DNA from: Octopus sinensis
Lineage: Eukaryota
Direction of reading: 5' to 3'
Length of the DNA: 64,000 bases
NCBI RefSeq assembly: GCF_006345805.1
Contig: NC_042998.1
Span: 59,954,001 to 60,018,000 of the forward strand
A program made the position numbers and the translations under genes. Of the stretch, positions 12,300 through 25,290 are shown in pieces. The number at the start of each line of letters is the position of its first letter. Positions within the stretch are counted from its first letter, which is position 1. The notes beneath the pieces are model-generated. The model did no database searches, was not told the DNA's origin, and was given only the letters and a program-made list of their open reading frames with translations.

Positions 12300-13350
12300 T
12301 AAAATTAGGTTTATTGCAGATGCTAAGAAATGTACTACCGAAACCTACCTTTATCGATTAATGATGTTTTGACAGTGGTTAGGTCCTACTTTATGGGATA
12401 TGGTGAAAGAATCTTTAGTAATTCTGGAATAAGCCTTTTTATGGGAGTAAAAGGTCCCATAAAGAATTTTAAAACAAATTACAGAGAGTAATTAGGACCC
12501 TGCGTGTACATGATCTTTCTACACTATATACTAATCTTGATTTCGAAAGCGTAGAAGGTATATTTAGTATAATTGAAATTGTAGTTAATAAAGGCTATAG
12601 GTATATTCCTATTAGAAATGGGGAGGTTCTTTTGTCTATGTGTAGATACAAGTGTCTTATATGTTTTAGTAAAAATAGGATAATGGAGATGGTTAGCTTT
12701 ATTGTTAATAATGCATGCATTACATTTGTTGGGGAGGTTTTTAGGCAACTTAAGGGAATTTCGTTGGATGGTAATAGTAGCCCTATATTAGCGGATTTGT
12801 ATTTATCTTCATGTGAGTTCAACTTGCAAAATGATATGTACTGAAAGAAAGTTATTGGTTCGGTTATACAACTCAGTATATGCTGAAGATATATCGATAA
12901 CGGTTTTATACCTAAATATGTGTATTTGGAACATTTAATAGGATAAATGTACCCAATGGATCACGGGGGAAATAAAAATGATAACTCAGTAAAAGAGGTT
13001 AAGTGTTTGGATGTGATAATATTTGGTGTAGGTGGTAAGATCGAGACAAGAATTTATAATTAGACTGCTAGTTTCAAGTTCCGCATTGCATCATTGCCTT
13101 ATGCGGATAAAAGAATTACTCTTTGGATGGGTTATAAGGTTTGTTCCAGTCAAGTCGTTAGATATGTCAGAATTATAAACATAGTCGGAATGTTTATTGA
13201 TAGGGTTAATACGTTAAAGGCGCACATGGAAAACAAGATTAGAGTAGTAAAGGGTTGATTAATTTACCATTGAGTCGGGAATCATAAGGAGTATTAGTTT
13301 CGCTGTTTTGAAGTTTTGGGGTTTAGTTATCAATCACTATTGTTACTTCC
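12300..13350 (+). mobile_element. Penelope-like element RT fragment, heavily decayed, resembling the C-terminal-RT (Naiad-type) PLEs
   Basis: HDLSTLYTNLD (motif A-like), GISLDGNSSPILADLYL (motif B-like), RYIDN, then CLDVII, FKFRI.SLPY and SSQVVRYVR; abuts (TA)n on the left. Confidence 0.7.
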
Positions 13351-13414
13351 GCTCGGCCATTGTCATTTACTAAATTGTGCAACTCACTTCCGTTGGGCAG
13401 TTAGGATTGACTTC

Positions 13415-13644
13415 AAAGGCGGCGTGCTGGCAGAAACGTGAGCAATCCGGGCGAAATGCGTAGCCGTATTTCGTCTGCCGTTACGTTCTGAGTTCAAATT
13501 CCGCCGAGGTCGACTTTGCCTTTCATCCTTTCGGGGTCGATAAATTAAGTACTAGTTACGCACTGGGGTCGATGTAATCGACTTAATACGTTTGTCTGTC
13601 TTTGTTTGTGATCTGTGTTTAACCCCTTGTGGGTAGTAATGAAA
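13415..13644 (+). mobile_element. tRNA-derived SINE family A, full length, with 13-bp TSD
   Basis: A-box-like TGGCAGAAACG, B-box-like GAGTTCAAATT; TSD TAGGATTGACTTC at 13402-13414 and 13645-13657. Confidence 0.9.
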
Positions 13645-14030
13645 TAGGATTGACTTCCACCAGTTGACAGATATCAGTATTGCAGTGATTGGCATCTTAG
13701 AATTAAGCTGTATAGTTTCTTTTAATTTCTCTGCAATAGGCGGGGTTTTGCCATAGATAATGTTTATGGCTTGTCAGTGTATATCTACAGCACATATATA
13801 TTCATTTATTTATTCTATAATTAAGTAGAATTTGATTTGTTCGCAAATAACAAGTTCGTTGGCCGTTTGTTTAAAATGGATTATTTAGTCACGTCATAGT
13901 AAAGAAGTGCTATTCTTTTAATTATAGTTGTATGTACATATTTTATAGATAATTATTCAACTTAATTCCATTCCCCTTTTTAATCGTTTTCCTTTTGGCA
14001 GGCATTTCATTTTGTTAATATATTTTTCAG

Positions 14031-14084
14031 GAGACTCTTTATTCATACCATCATTTCAATCCATCATGCACCAGTATTATGCAG
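14031..14084 (+). other. Candidate 54-nt internal exon (unverified)
   Basis: Acceptor TATTTTTCAG|G and donor CAG|GTGAGA; length divisible by 3; all three frames open; one reads GDSLFIPSFQSIMHQYYA. Confidence 0.25.
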
Positions 14085-14237
14085 GTGAGATGCTGTACAA
14101 ACGATCGTGATGTATCGTTATTAATTGCTAATTTGTTTGGCTTTATGAATTATAGATTCAGTCATTTTATGGGTTTTTAATTGTTATAAGTCTTTTTCAT
14201 TCATTTTGTTTAATGTGCGGTCTCTTGTTTAAAGGTT

Positions 14238-14504
14238 TCATATAATCATTCGTTTTACTAGACTGAACCGGATGTTGTTTCGTGTGAATTTTAAGTGACA
14301 TGATGTGAAGAAGATACATTGTCGTGAGTCGGTGGGTTCAAACTCTATGTATGTTTTCAGCAGTGAATCTCTTGTTATCACAATGTCGAAGTAGGGGTCT
14401 TTATCGTTGCTGAATTTCATGGTGAATTGAATGTGAGGAATTATGTTGTTTATAAGATTTTGGAATTGTTTCAATGTGCCAATATATGCTATAAAATGAA
14501 ACAA
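14238..14504 (-). mobile_element. Penelope-like element RT thumb fragment
   Basis: IQFTMKFSNDKDPYFDIVI...PTDSRQCIFFTSCH...NIRFSLVKR resembles the PLE FT.E/LPFLD/KPT/SCHP/IPYS pattern. Confidence 0.75.
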
Positions 14505-15097
14505 TCATTCAGAAACTCCTTCCAGTTTCCTATGAAAACCAATTAGAGGATTTTTCATAGACAGGTATTTCATGAGAGATAGAAAAGATAGTGAGCCAAA
14601 GAAAAAATAGAGAGAATCTTTCAAATCAAATTTGAAATGCCTTAAATTTTGTTATAAAAATTTTCAAACATTTGTGGTAGATAGGTAAGCTGATGAGTAA
14701 TGATTGGGAGTGGATTTAAAGATTTTGAGCTTAACAGTTAATCACACTGAAAGGAAATGAAGATGTCGTAAAAATGAGATTAATATCAATAGCGTTCCGA
14801 GTATTCCTCATTCTTTCTTTAAATGTTCTCTAAGCAAAAAAGGATGAATTTCATTCTGGATGTCAAGTTTCAATGCAATATCAGTCAACACACGTATATG
14901 CCACATGGAGGAGTGAATCAACAATTGAACATTCATAATAGAGAAGCGGAAAACAGAGACAATGCCTGAAATAAGACATTGTTTGCATTATATATGATCA
15001 GGGCTCAGTTATTTACGATCTCACGCTAGAAAAGAGCAAAAATAGGAACGAGAAGAGGTCAGAATCTGCAAGGAGTATGTATGTATATAGACACCTA

Positions 15098-15129
<32 letters not shown>

Positions 15130-15199
15130 CACATAGGTACATATGTATACTTTGATACTTTGATACTTTGATAGGTTTCGGCCATTATTGGCCCAGGCC

Positions 15200-15545
15200 A
15201 TGTCTAACTTAATAGCACCACCTGGTGAAGTCTTTCAAGTCAGAATTTGGGCAGTATGGCCCACTCAAGTAGAGAGTTATTGTTTACAGAGACATATCCG
15301 GGTGTAGGGGGTTTATCCGGGATTTCTTGAAGGAATCTGTCCAAAGACTTCTTGAACCCTATAGGGTCAGTTTCTGTTTTAATGTGTTTTGGTGTAATGT
15401 TAAAGAGAGCGGGGCCAATTGAGGTGAAATAATTGTGCCGTATTGTTGTTATGAGATGAGAGTGCGATTTTTGTTTTGGGCGGATGGCACGGGGCCCAAG
15501 CCTTGGATGTACCTTAAAGGTGATGCCAACATCATTTGGGCAATG

Positions 15546-15548
<3 letters not shown>
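15200..15548 (-). mobile_element. CR1-clade LINE 3' end
   Basis: [21 protein letters not shown]...[21 protein letters not shown]...NNSLLEW. Confidence 0.8.
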
Positions 15549-15589
<41 letters not shown>

Positions 15590-15625
15590 TATATATAAAC
15601 ATATATATATATATATATACACATA

Positions 15626-15656
<31 letters not shown>

Positions 15657-15667
15657 AAGACATATAT

Positions 15668-15753
<86 letters not shown>

Positions 15754-15780
15754 TATATATATAATATATATATATATATA

Positions 15781-15929
15781 CTATGAAAACGCACGGACTT
15801 TGTCAGTGAACAGGTCGCGGATTTTAGCGACGAAAATATTTTGACAAATTAAACTTAAATGTTGAAGTGAATCGAACGGCTTTTGTGTGTTTCTTAAATG
15901 GCTTATAAACACCTTCCACGCTGCAATTG

Positions 15930-15930
<1 letters not shown>
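15781..15930 (+). mobile_element. 150-bp (TA)n-flanked element, probable solo PLE pseudo-LTR fragment carrying a hammerhead motif
   Basis: (TA)n on both sides; contains the hammerhead fold at 15799-15848. Confidence 0.55.
15799..15848 (+). ncRNA. Type-I minimal hammerhead ribozyme motif with non-canonical G3-C8 core and an extra G after A9
   Basis: Helix I TTTGTCA/TGACAAA (7 bp); core GTGAACA+G; helix II GTCGC/GCGAC (8-nt loop); GAA; palindromic helix III AATATT; predicted site UUU at 15841. Confidence 0.7.
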
Positions 15931-15968
<38 letters not shown>

Positions 15969-16794
15969 CTAGCTGACGTACCCGATAACTCCCGGGAAAG
16001 CGGGGCTTATCTCTTGATTCCGTTCTCATAGTTGTTTCGCTAATCCAGTAACAACAACACAAAGTATGTAGACTTAAAACGGTTTTTGTGCATTTACAGA
16101 GAATACCGTACTGTCTTACACGGGATCTTGTTTTAAGAAATTCCCAATCAGTTATGAATACCCAAAATGTGAAGTCAGTTATGTAATAACATGAAATTAG
16201 TTACCCGATAGAGAGAATTCAAATAAAGTAACCCCATAAAAGGCTTTAATGCGTTTTCATAGTATATAGAACATAGGAGGAAATACTAATAAGGTATACT
16301 AAAATCGTGAAGCATGTTACGTAATAACAGGCTAATCAAATATGAGATAATAACAATTCAAGGTAAATAACCCTGAAAAGGACTTTTGTGCGTTCCCAGA
16401 GAATATTACCCTCAGGGGCGCTAGTGCTGGTATATTCGTGAATAAGTCACTAAACGAAATAAGTGGATCTATTGTTTAGGAAAATAGTATTTACTTGTTT
16501 AAGGGTTTACTGGATAAATTGTTAGAATAACTCTATCAGTTCAAATACTAAGAAATAAGAATGCTCAATTTGATCTATACCAAATAATGTAGCAAAATGA
16601 ATGGCTCTATATAAGGATCCCTTCCATGAACCCTATTATCGAATTTTTAACAATCTGAGTATGCCATGAGGTTTCCAGACATGAGTTCTACTCACGTGTC
16701 AAGTTTCATCAAAATCAATAAAACGATGTAAGAGGAGTTAGCTAACAATGCCACAAACATACCTACAGTCAGAATTTCCCTCATATGTAGTAGA
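15969..16794 (-). mobile_element. Non-autonomous Helitron-like element
   Basis: Minus strand begins A|TC (16794) and ends with hairpin CCCGGGAGTTATCGGG then CTAG|T (15969); no TSD. Confidence 0.65.
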
Positions 16795-16869
16795 TAATAT
16801 ATATATATATATACATGTATGTGTGTATATATATGTATGTATATATGTATGTATATGTATATATATATA

Positions 16870-17194
16870 CTAGCAGTATCGCCCGGCGTTGCTCAGGTTT
16901 GTAAGGGAAATAACTATAAAGCATTTTTAGAGAGTTATAGCCAAAAAATAGCAAAAAAATTATGGTAAATTTTTTTTTAGTTAAAAAAGGTTGAGTTGCG
17001 TCCCCTAGACAGTCTGTGGTTTGTTTCTGATTCTCGACCCCATGTCGATTTATATGTGTGTGTATGTGTGCATGTGTGTGTATGTGTGTGCGTGTGTATG
17101 TGTGTGTGTGCTTTGTAAGTGTGCACATTTTTTCTGTATGTTAGTGTTAGAATATTTGTAGTATTGCGTATAGATAACATTTTATATAGCAAGA
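16870..17194 (-). mobile_element. Second non-autonomous Helitron-like element with internal (TG)n
   Basis: Minus 3' end CCTGAGCAACGCCGGG...CTAG|T at 16870; probable A|TC start at 17194. Confidence 0.6.
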
Positions 17195-17875
17195 TATATC
17201 ACAATCTAGTGATTTGAGAATTGAAGTGTGAAATTGCATGTAGTTTATCCAGTGTACGTCAGTCTGATATTTTGCCTATCCCTTTCAAACGTGAATCACA
17301 TGAGTCGCCTAAGTGCAGCAAGTTAAAACAGCAACATACCGTTTACGCAACTCATAAAGGTACTATGTTGGTAAATACTTTAGAACGCAGATTTAAATAC
17401 TCAGATTAATGTGTTCCATTTAAATTCTTCCGAAGTCGCCCTTCTATTCACAGTTATAAACATGAGAAATAATGCTAATATTCCTGAAATACTTCAATTG
17501 GCGCTAAAGACTTATTATCCTTTAGTGGAATTGGTAATGTTGGGTATAACAGTCAAATTGTTTGTTCTAAGATGTATTATTAACAGTCTACTTAACTTTC
17601 ACGGGGTAAATTAAAATTTTGACACTTAAGCGGTACAATGGAGTTGAACTGTTGCTCTTTTCTCCAGTAATGTTTAAGCTAATTATCGATTCGGCCTGTG
17701 CTCAGTAGAGAATTAGTTTTACGGTGCATCGAAGGCAGAATATTTAGAGCGTGCAGCTTCTGATAGATTGTGTAATACATTCCAGCTTTCTTGCGATCTG
17801 AGTTAAAATAATACCGAAGTCTACTTTGTCTCTCATTGCATAGGTGGCTCTATAAAAATTTTCTCTCTCTATAAA

Positions 17876-17997
<122 letters not shown>

Positions 17998-18649
17998 GAT
18001 ACACATCAGCACACTTTCTCTCTGAAAGGAACCTGGTGAGTGATGGGATCCACGCTATTTAAAATGTTTAAGACACGATTTTCATCACGACGGTGCTCAT
18101 GAAACTCGATCAGAATTGTCACCAACAGATGAAAAAGTAAACACACACGCGCACACATGCACACATATGCTACGCACGCGCGCACTTTCACATGCACGCA
18201 CACTCACACATACACCATAACTTATGGGTACTGGCCAGTAGGGGAGCAAGAATCTATGTAACACGCTAACATATACCGAGGAATTTTCAGTTGCTTGCAG
18301 CACTTTTTGACTAACTTGGACCTCCCATGAGCTGCTATTTTTTGTTTCGCTATATTTCTTATCCAACTTTTCCTAATGTTCGTTCGACTTGCCTTCGATC
18401 TAGTTGAATTTCCGTTAGTGTTGGCGTGTTATGCATTTTTTAACGCCTCTGCAAGACCTTTTTTTTTTCATTTGATTCAGCTGTAAAGTTCTCACGGAAG
18501 AAGTGTTCTTTCTTTGCGAGGCATCTTATTCTGCATACTTTATCTGTATTTGTTAACGATTTTGTTAACATTATATCGTCGTAAAGGAAGCAGATTTCAG
18601 TTCACATATTTTCAACACAATATTTTATTTTCAGTATAGCATTTAACAG

Positions 18650-18690
<41 letters not shown>

Positions 18691-20338
18691 GATTATATTT
18701 GCATTCTATCGAAGAATATTCTCTATGTCATAATAAGCAGCTACAACCAGAAACATGAGCGTATCTTGGATGTATTATATATGATTATTTTAATGTATTT
18801 GTGCCTGGAGTCTTTCATATTCAATTAGCTGTGTAACATTACTTTAATTCACACACAAACACACACACACACACATACACACACGCTCAAACTTTATTTA
18901 TATAGGTATTTCTGTGCGACCCTTGAATTGTTTTTATATTCGATTAGTATACATAACGTTACTTTTATATATGTGTGTATTCATGCACACATTATAAATA
19001 TGAACAGAATTATAGAGTTAGGTTTATGTCAAATGAAGGTGGAAGTAAATATGAAAATAAAAATATAAATATGAATAAGAGTAAAAACGTTAATAGCTTT
19101 ACATATGGCAAACTAAGTCAAACAAAATATTGTAAGCCCTCTTTTAATACCAAATCTAGGGTTCGTCAGGCTATTTGATTCGACCCACCCTTTTCACTAA
19201 GAGTGAAAGGTCGACCAAGATTATTCTTTAAATTATTGAAAGAAAACTTCCCAAAACATCATAAACATTACACAATATGCAATAAATCAATAAAGCTAGC
19301 TTATTCGGTCACTCCAAATCTCGGGTCTATTATCACTTCAATGAACAGGAATAAAATATTTTATCGTAATGATAGAAATGATAATAATAATTTTGGTAAG
19401 AACATTAAATCTGGTAATGAGAAGTTCATTAATGGCACTGATGATAAAGTAATAGAAAAAGCTCACCTTGTGTAATTGAATATGAAAGAAGAATAAGAAT
19501 GGCTAATAATACAAATGGTAATATGAATAATAATAATAATAAAATAAATAAACCTGAAATTGGCATGAGTTAAAGTACAATTAATACTGTGGATCTCAGC
19601 ATTGGAAGGACGGAAGCAATTGGTATGCTGAATAATGCTAACAGTAGACCCCATAAAGGGCGCAAAAAGTGTAATTGTAGGGACCCTCTAAGATGTCCCA
19701 TTAGTGGAAATTGTTGCCAGGATAATGTTATTCATAAATGTAGCGTTGAAATGCAAAATGGCCACAGAAAAATATATATGGGTATTTCGATAGAATTCAA
19801 GCAGAGGTGCCGAAACCACCTAAGTTCTTTTAACGATCCTAAATATAGGACATCTACGACATTGGAATCACATGTAAATGACCTTAAGGAAAAGAATATT
19901 ACATTCAAATTATCGTGGTCTACCCTTGCACACGCCCCTCTATATGGAATCGGATACACTAGATGTGGTTTGTGCACCAGGGAAGCATACTTTATATTGA
20001 AAACTATGCTATGTTGAAGAAATTTACTGATGCAATACCAGCTTGTACACATAGGATCCACCCTACGTTCTTGAAGAAATTTAAAAATAAAAATAAAAAT
20101 AAAAATTAGAAATAATAATAATAAAAATTAAAATATAATTAAAACATAATATAATAATTAAATAATTAAAAAATAACAATTGATATAGTATAAGGCTGCA
20201 ATAGTGTAATGGGTATGATTTGAACTTAGATAACTAATTTAATACAAACATGAAAATAAAATTAAAGTGCAATAATGGGTTAGTCTGGGTTGAATTTAGC
20301 ACTTGCCTTTACCATAGTCTTCTGATTATATGCTAATT

Positions 20339-20666
20339 CTTAAAAGACTCCGCCGGTTACGACGACGAGGGTCCCAGCTGATACAATCAACGGAACAGCT
20401 TGCTCGTGAAATTAACGTGCAAATGGCTGAGCATTCCACAGACACGTGTACCCTTAACGTAGTTCTCGGGGATAATCAGCGTGACACAGAGAGTGACAAG
20501 GCTGACCCTTTGAAATACAAGTACAACTCTTTTTTGCCAGCTGAGTGGACTGGAGCAACGTGCAATAAAGTGTCTTGCTCAAGGACACAACGCGTCGCCG
20601 GGAATCGAACTCACAACCTTACGATCATGAGCCGAATGCCCTAACCACTAAGCCACGCGCCCTCAC
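20339..20666 (-). mobile_element. tRNA-derived SINE (family C head) inserted in the PLE 3' region, 11-bp TSD
   Basis: TSD ATATGCTAATT at 20328-20338 and 20667-20677; minus head GTGAGGGCGCGTGGCTTAGTGGTTAGGGCATTCGG...GAGTTCGATTCCCGG. Confidence 0.88.
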
Positions 20667-20788
20667 ATATGCTAATTAGGTAATATTAGATAACTATAAA
20701 GGTGATGAGCGAAATGTCGAAATGTTTGAGTGGCTGGTATATAATTGTATAATTGTATTTCTGTATTTTTTTCTGTACTGTGTTAAAA

Positions 20789-20871
20789 CACCCTGATGAG
20801 GGTAGTGTCAGTTTTAAAAATATGAAATATATCATATTATTTGGAACATCTCTGAAACGGGCCCGTAGATG
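20789..20871 (+). ncRNA. Type-I hammerhead motif in the PLE pseudo-LTR (helix I partly decayed)
   Basis: CTGATGA 20793-20799; long AT-rich helix II (AATATGA/TCATATT core); GAAA; 10-bp palindrome ACGGGCCCGT; predicted site GUA at 20867; helix I 3 of 4 pairs. Confidence 0.7.
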
Positions 20872-22025
20872 GATTTTTTAAATTTTGTAATATTCTCTCA
20901 TAGTATTTTAATAGTCCTTTTAATGTTTTATCATATCAAATTTTTATTATACCATTGTATTATAACTTTTAAATCTAATATTCACTGCGTTTCATATATC
21001 GACATTTATCTATTCATATGTATTTTTTTATTTATATATTTACAATTTTTATATCCGTTTTATAAATGTTGAAGAATATATGTATATATTTGATTTTGAA
21101 TATGTTCCTCTAGTTTCTGCTTGTATTGCCTCCATTCAGATTATTAAGCGGAACATAGCTCACTTGGAGCACTACAACTCCAGTCTTTATTTTATTTGCG
21201 AGTATTGTTAACATTAGCAATCTCAAAATAAAGCAGTCTATTTTATACATATAGATATGTGTGTGTGTATGTATAGATAGACATATATAGATAAGTAAGT
21301 TCTACATATCTCTTGTCTCTAAATTAGATCTGATTTAGTGATCCGTAACTGTGCACAAATATCTCTGAAAGTCATTAATTTGTAATTCATTTAAAGCCAA
21401 TGGAAGAAATATTCTCTGATTTAATTTAGGATCCAGTATTCATAATTCGAAATTCAAACATACGTTCTTTATAGTGTCAGCATGATAACCGTTCTCATAG
21501 CCGTATCAGGTTTCCAAATGTTCCTCTCTTATTCTTTGCATACAAAATTTATACTCCCCTACCAAATATAATTTTAGCTAAACCAACATACCTTTAGGTT
21601 ACTTCACACAACGGCAGTTGCTAAACTTTGAATAACATTGCAAAGACTCTTAACCAGATGAATGAAACTGGGTGCATATGCAATTGCGAGATATCTATGC
21701 AGCAGAAACGTGCGTCGGACAGAGTTAACTTACATATGTTCTATAAGTGACTGTAAAAATAAATTTTAAAAATGTGCAGATGTATTATTCTTCGTATTCA
21801 TTGCAATTGGATATACATTCGAGAAATTATTAATAATCCAATCACGTGAACCCAGATTCTGTCCATTGGATGAAAAACATTGAGATTGCTTATCTCAGAT
21901 AATCCTTGGTATCACTTACCACTTGTTGAGTTTAGCCATAATTTGAGTGTTTGTTGAACGATATCTGCCTGTATATATAATCCGTATCTACTCTCTCTGT
22001 ATATATATATATATATATATATATA

Positions 22026-23026
<1,001 letters not shown>

Positions 23027-23732
23027 GGACAGAGAGAAAGAGAGAGATAGGAATAAGAGTTTACTCTTTCGTCTTGATTTCTTTGTCCCATTCATTTTCT
23101 CTTTCTGTGATGGGACTTCGAGAGGGATGTGCTCTGTATTATGTCTAAGAATATCCGACACTCGAATGTCACAATGACACCTCTAAGACTTCATCAAGAA
23201 GTAATATCTCAAGATACGTCATATATCCTTGTGGATGCGCATGTGCATGCGTGTGCATGCGTCTTTGTGCTTTGTTTGTCACGTTGCGTTTGACAACCGA
23301 GGTTCGCCAGAATAAGCATCAGGTGATTTGGTCAAATAAAAAGTTCAAGGAGGTATACAAAAGTGACTGCAGTCCAGTTACTAAAATAACTAATTGAAAT
23401 GAATGAAAGGATATGGATTCAGACACTCATCTACAAATACGTAAGTAGACACATCTGTATGTATGTATTTACATGTACGAATATACGTGCCTGTGTATCT
23501 ATGTATGTGTGTGTTTATGCGTGCGTGCGTGCGTGTATGCGTGTGTGTAGTTTTTTTTAGGCCGGTTCTGTGACCTGTTCTCTATATGTCTCTTTGGAAT
23601 GCTACTGCTTCTTGGATCGAGTCAAACTGGGCCACTCGAAACTTCAGTGTACCAGGACACTGGTCTAATAAACTACTGCTCCCTAATATGTATTGAGCAC
23701 TCTCTTCCTGATTGTCACTTAAGAACCCCACG

Positions 23733-23789
<57 letters not shown>

Positions 23790-24409
23790 GGATGGGTGTT
23801 TGTGTGTGTGTACTCATTTGTACGTTATATCTATACGTGTGTGTTTTCTCGAATATTTGTCTTAGTGAATGTATAACTAAGTTAATGTATTGTTCGTGAA
23901 TAGATTTAAGAGATTATGTCTATAATTAAAAGTGATGTAAATACGTGCGCGTGTGTATGTAGCTGTGTGTATGTGTTAATGTGATCAACGAGAAGACGTA
24001 GGCGCCGAGAATATGTTATAAAATAACGTCGTTGCTTTGATCAATTATATGGCAGTGAAGTATTTTTCACTGTTTAAATATATTAATTGTTGCAGCAGAA
24101 AAAAATAGTCTGAGGATTATTTTCATTTTATTCTCTTGCTTGTTCACTGATTCCTTTCGACTTTATTTACATTCAATAAAATCCAGATACTTTGATGACT
24201 TTTCAACCAATTTTGAAGCTGAAGTAAGTTATAAAACCATTTTAGAACCTGTCAAATGTTATTCTATTTATTGGAATTCCCTAGACTATTCGACACAACG
24301 AGTAGATTTTGGCTTTTATCCAGCCATTCCTATTGCCATTGTGTTGTTTTTGATGTTGTTGTTGGTGTTGGTGGTGTTTTTGTTGTTGTTCTAGTTTTTA
24401 TCACTATTA

Positions 24410-24459
<50 letters not shown>

Positions 24460-24827
24460 ATTATTATTATTAAAGTATCGATCTGGGGTAAGTTCCTCTG
24501 TTTCCAATCTTCGGTGGCTCTCCGCGAGAGGAAGACTGATATTCTCTCTTAACTTTTGTTCTGAAAAACATAAACATGGGCTGTGGTGTAATCCCAGAAA
24601 ACGTAAATTCTGAACAGAAGGAGTCAGAAGAATAATTAAGGAAAGACTTGTGAAGGGGACACAATACATTAAACGAAAGGAAGGGAACTAATTGAGTGAG
24701 GTGAACTGCGAAGCAGTTGGAATAAAATCAAACAGCTCTTAGCAACAGAGAGAACTGCAGATGTGTGAGATATGTCCGAGTGAAGAGATAACGCGTCATT
24801 TGGTCAGAGACGTGTGTGCGTGCGCAT

Positions 24828-24859
<32 letters not shown>

Positions 24860-25242
24860 TGTGTGTGTGTGTGTGTGTGTGTGTTGCATGCGTGTGTTTG
24901 CATCCAAGGTGTATATTTTAATAAAATCTAAATTCAGATATTTTTGTTTTAAGTTTAAATCTCAATGTCAATTTAGATTTGGGTATTAAAATGAATGACA
25001 ATAAGTTTCTGAGGTGTCTATCTCGTGTTTGAAATAACGCCTACTGTATTTAACATTTTGATGCTCATTGCATTAAATATAACACAGTTGTTTATTCATG
25101 CCGATGACAATACTAAGTACTTTCCGTCAGTGGTTTATCAATTTGTTATATTTCGGGATAACCAATTTTTTTCTTGCCAAATAAACACACGAACTATATA
25201 TTCTTTCCTGACTTCTTTATTATCCTTCTTATTTTATGTCCA

Positions 25243-25290
25243 TTATCTAGAAATCTTTCGTCGCACATCATGTGACCTCTTCAGCGACTC
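25243..25290 (-). ncRNA. Degenerate type-I hammerhead motif related to the 15799 motif but with a canonical C3-G8 core
   Basis: Minus strand CTGAAGA+G, GTCAC...GCGAC, GAA, AGATTT (near-palindrome AGATCT), C; helix I largely broken. Confidence 0.5.

Larger units (their letters stand above)
18975..20900 (+). mobile_element. Penelope-like element 3' part: RT tail, CNCR-x-CP linker, GIY-YIG endonuclease and pseudo-LTR (possibly Nematis-like)
   Basis: ORF 19203-19475 LLKENFPKHHK...IKLAYSVTPNLGSII; ORF 19589-20017 CNCRDPLRCPISGNCC...IYMGISIEFKQRCRNHLSSF...RCGLCTRE; hammerhead motif downstream. Confidence 0.85.

Noticed and set aside
12842-12886. Two in-frame TGA codons upstream of RYID in the Naiad-like RT, suggesting selenocysteine recoding
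   Set aside because: The same frame has TAA stops shortly after, an alternative frame fits the expected residues better, and no SECIS was identified; best explained by decay.
19437-19475. CTGATGA...GAAA inside the PLE ORF
   Set aside because: Coding coincidence (GTDDKVIEK); no helices I or III.
20702-20730. GTGATGAGCGAAATGTCGAAA, a possible second hammerhead in the PLE
   Set aside because: G3 faces G8, helix II has one pair, and helices I and III do not form.
21734-21968. Minus-strand micro-exon candidates 21920-21968 and 21734-21750
   Set aside because: GTAAGT and T-rich acceptors are common by chance in AT-rich DNA, the peptide is unrecognisable, and the next candidate exon has stops in all frames.
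24187-24223. 37-nt plus-strand exon candidate and nearby MGCGVIPEN start (~24576)
   Set aside because: Cannot be joined in frame to the longer downstream open frame; no homology recognised.
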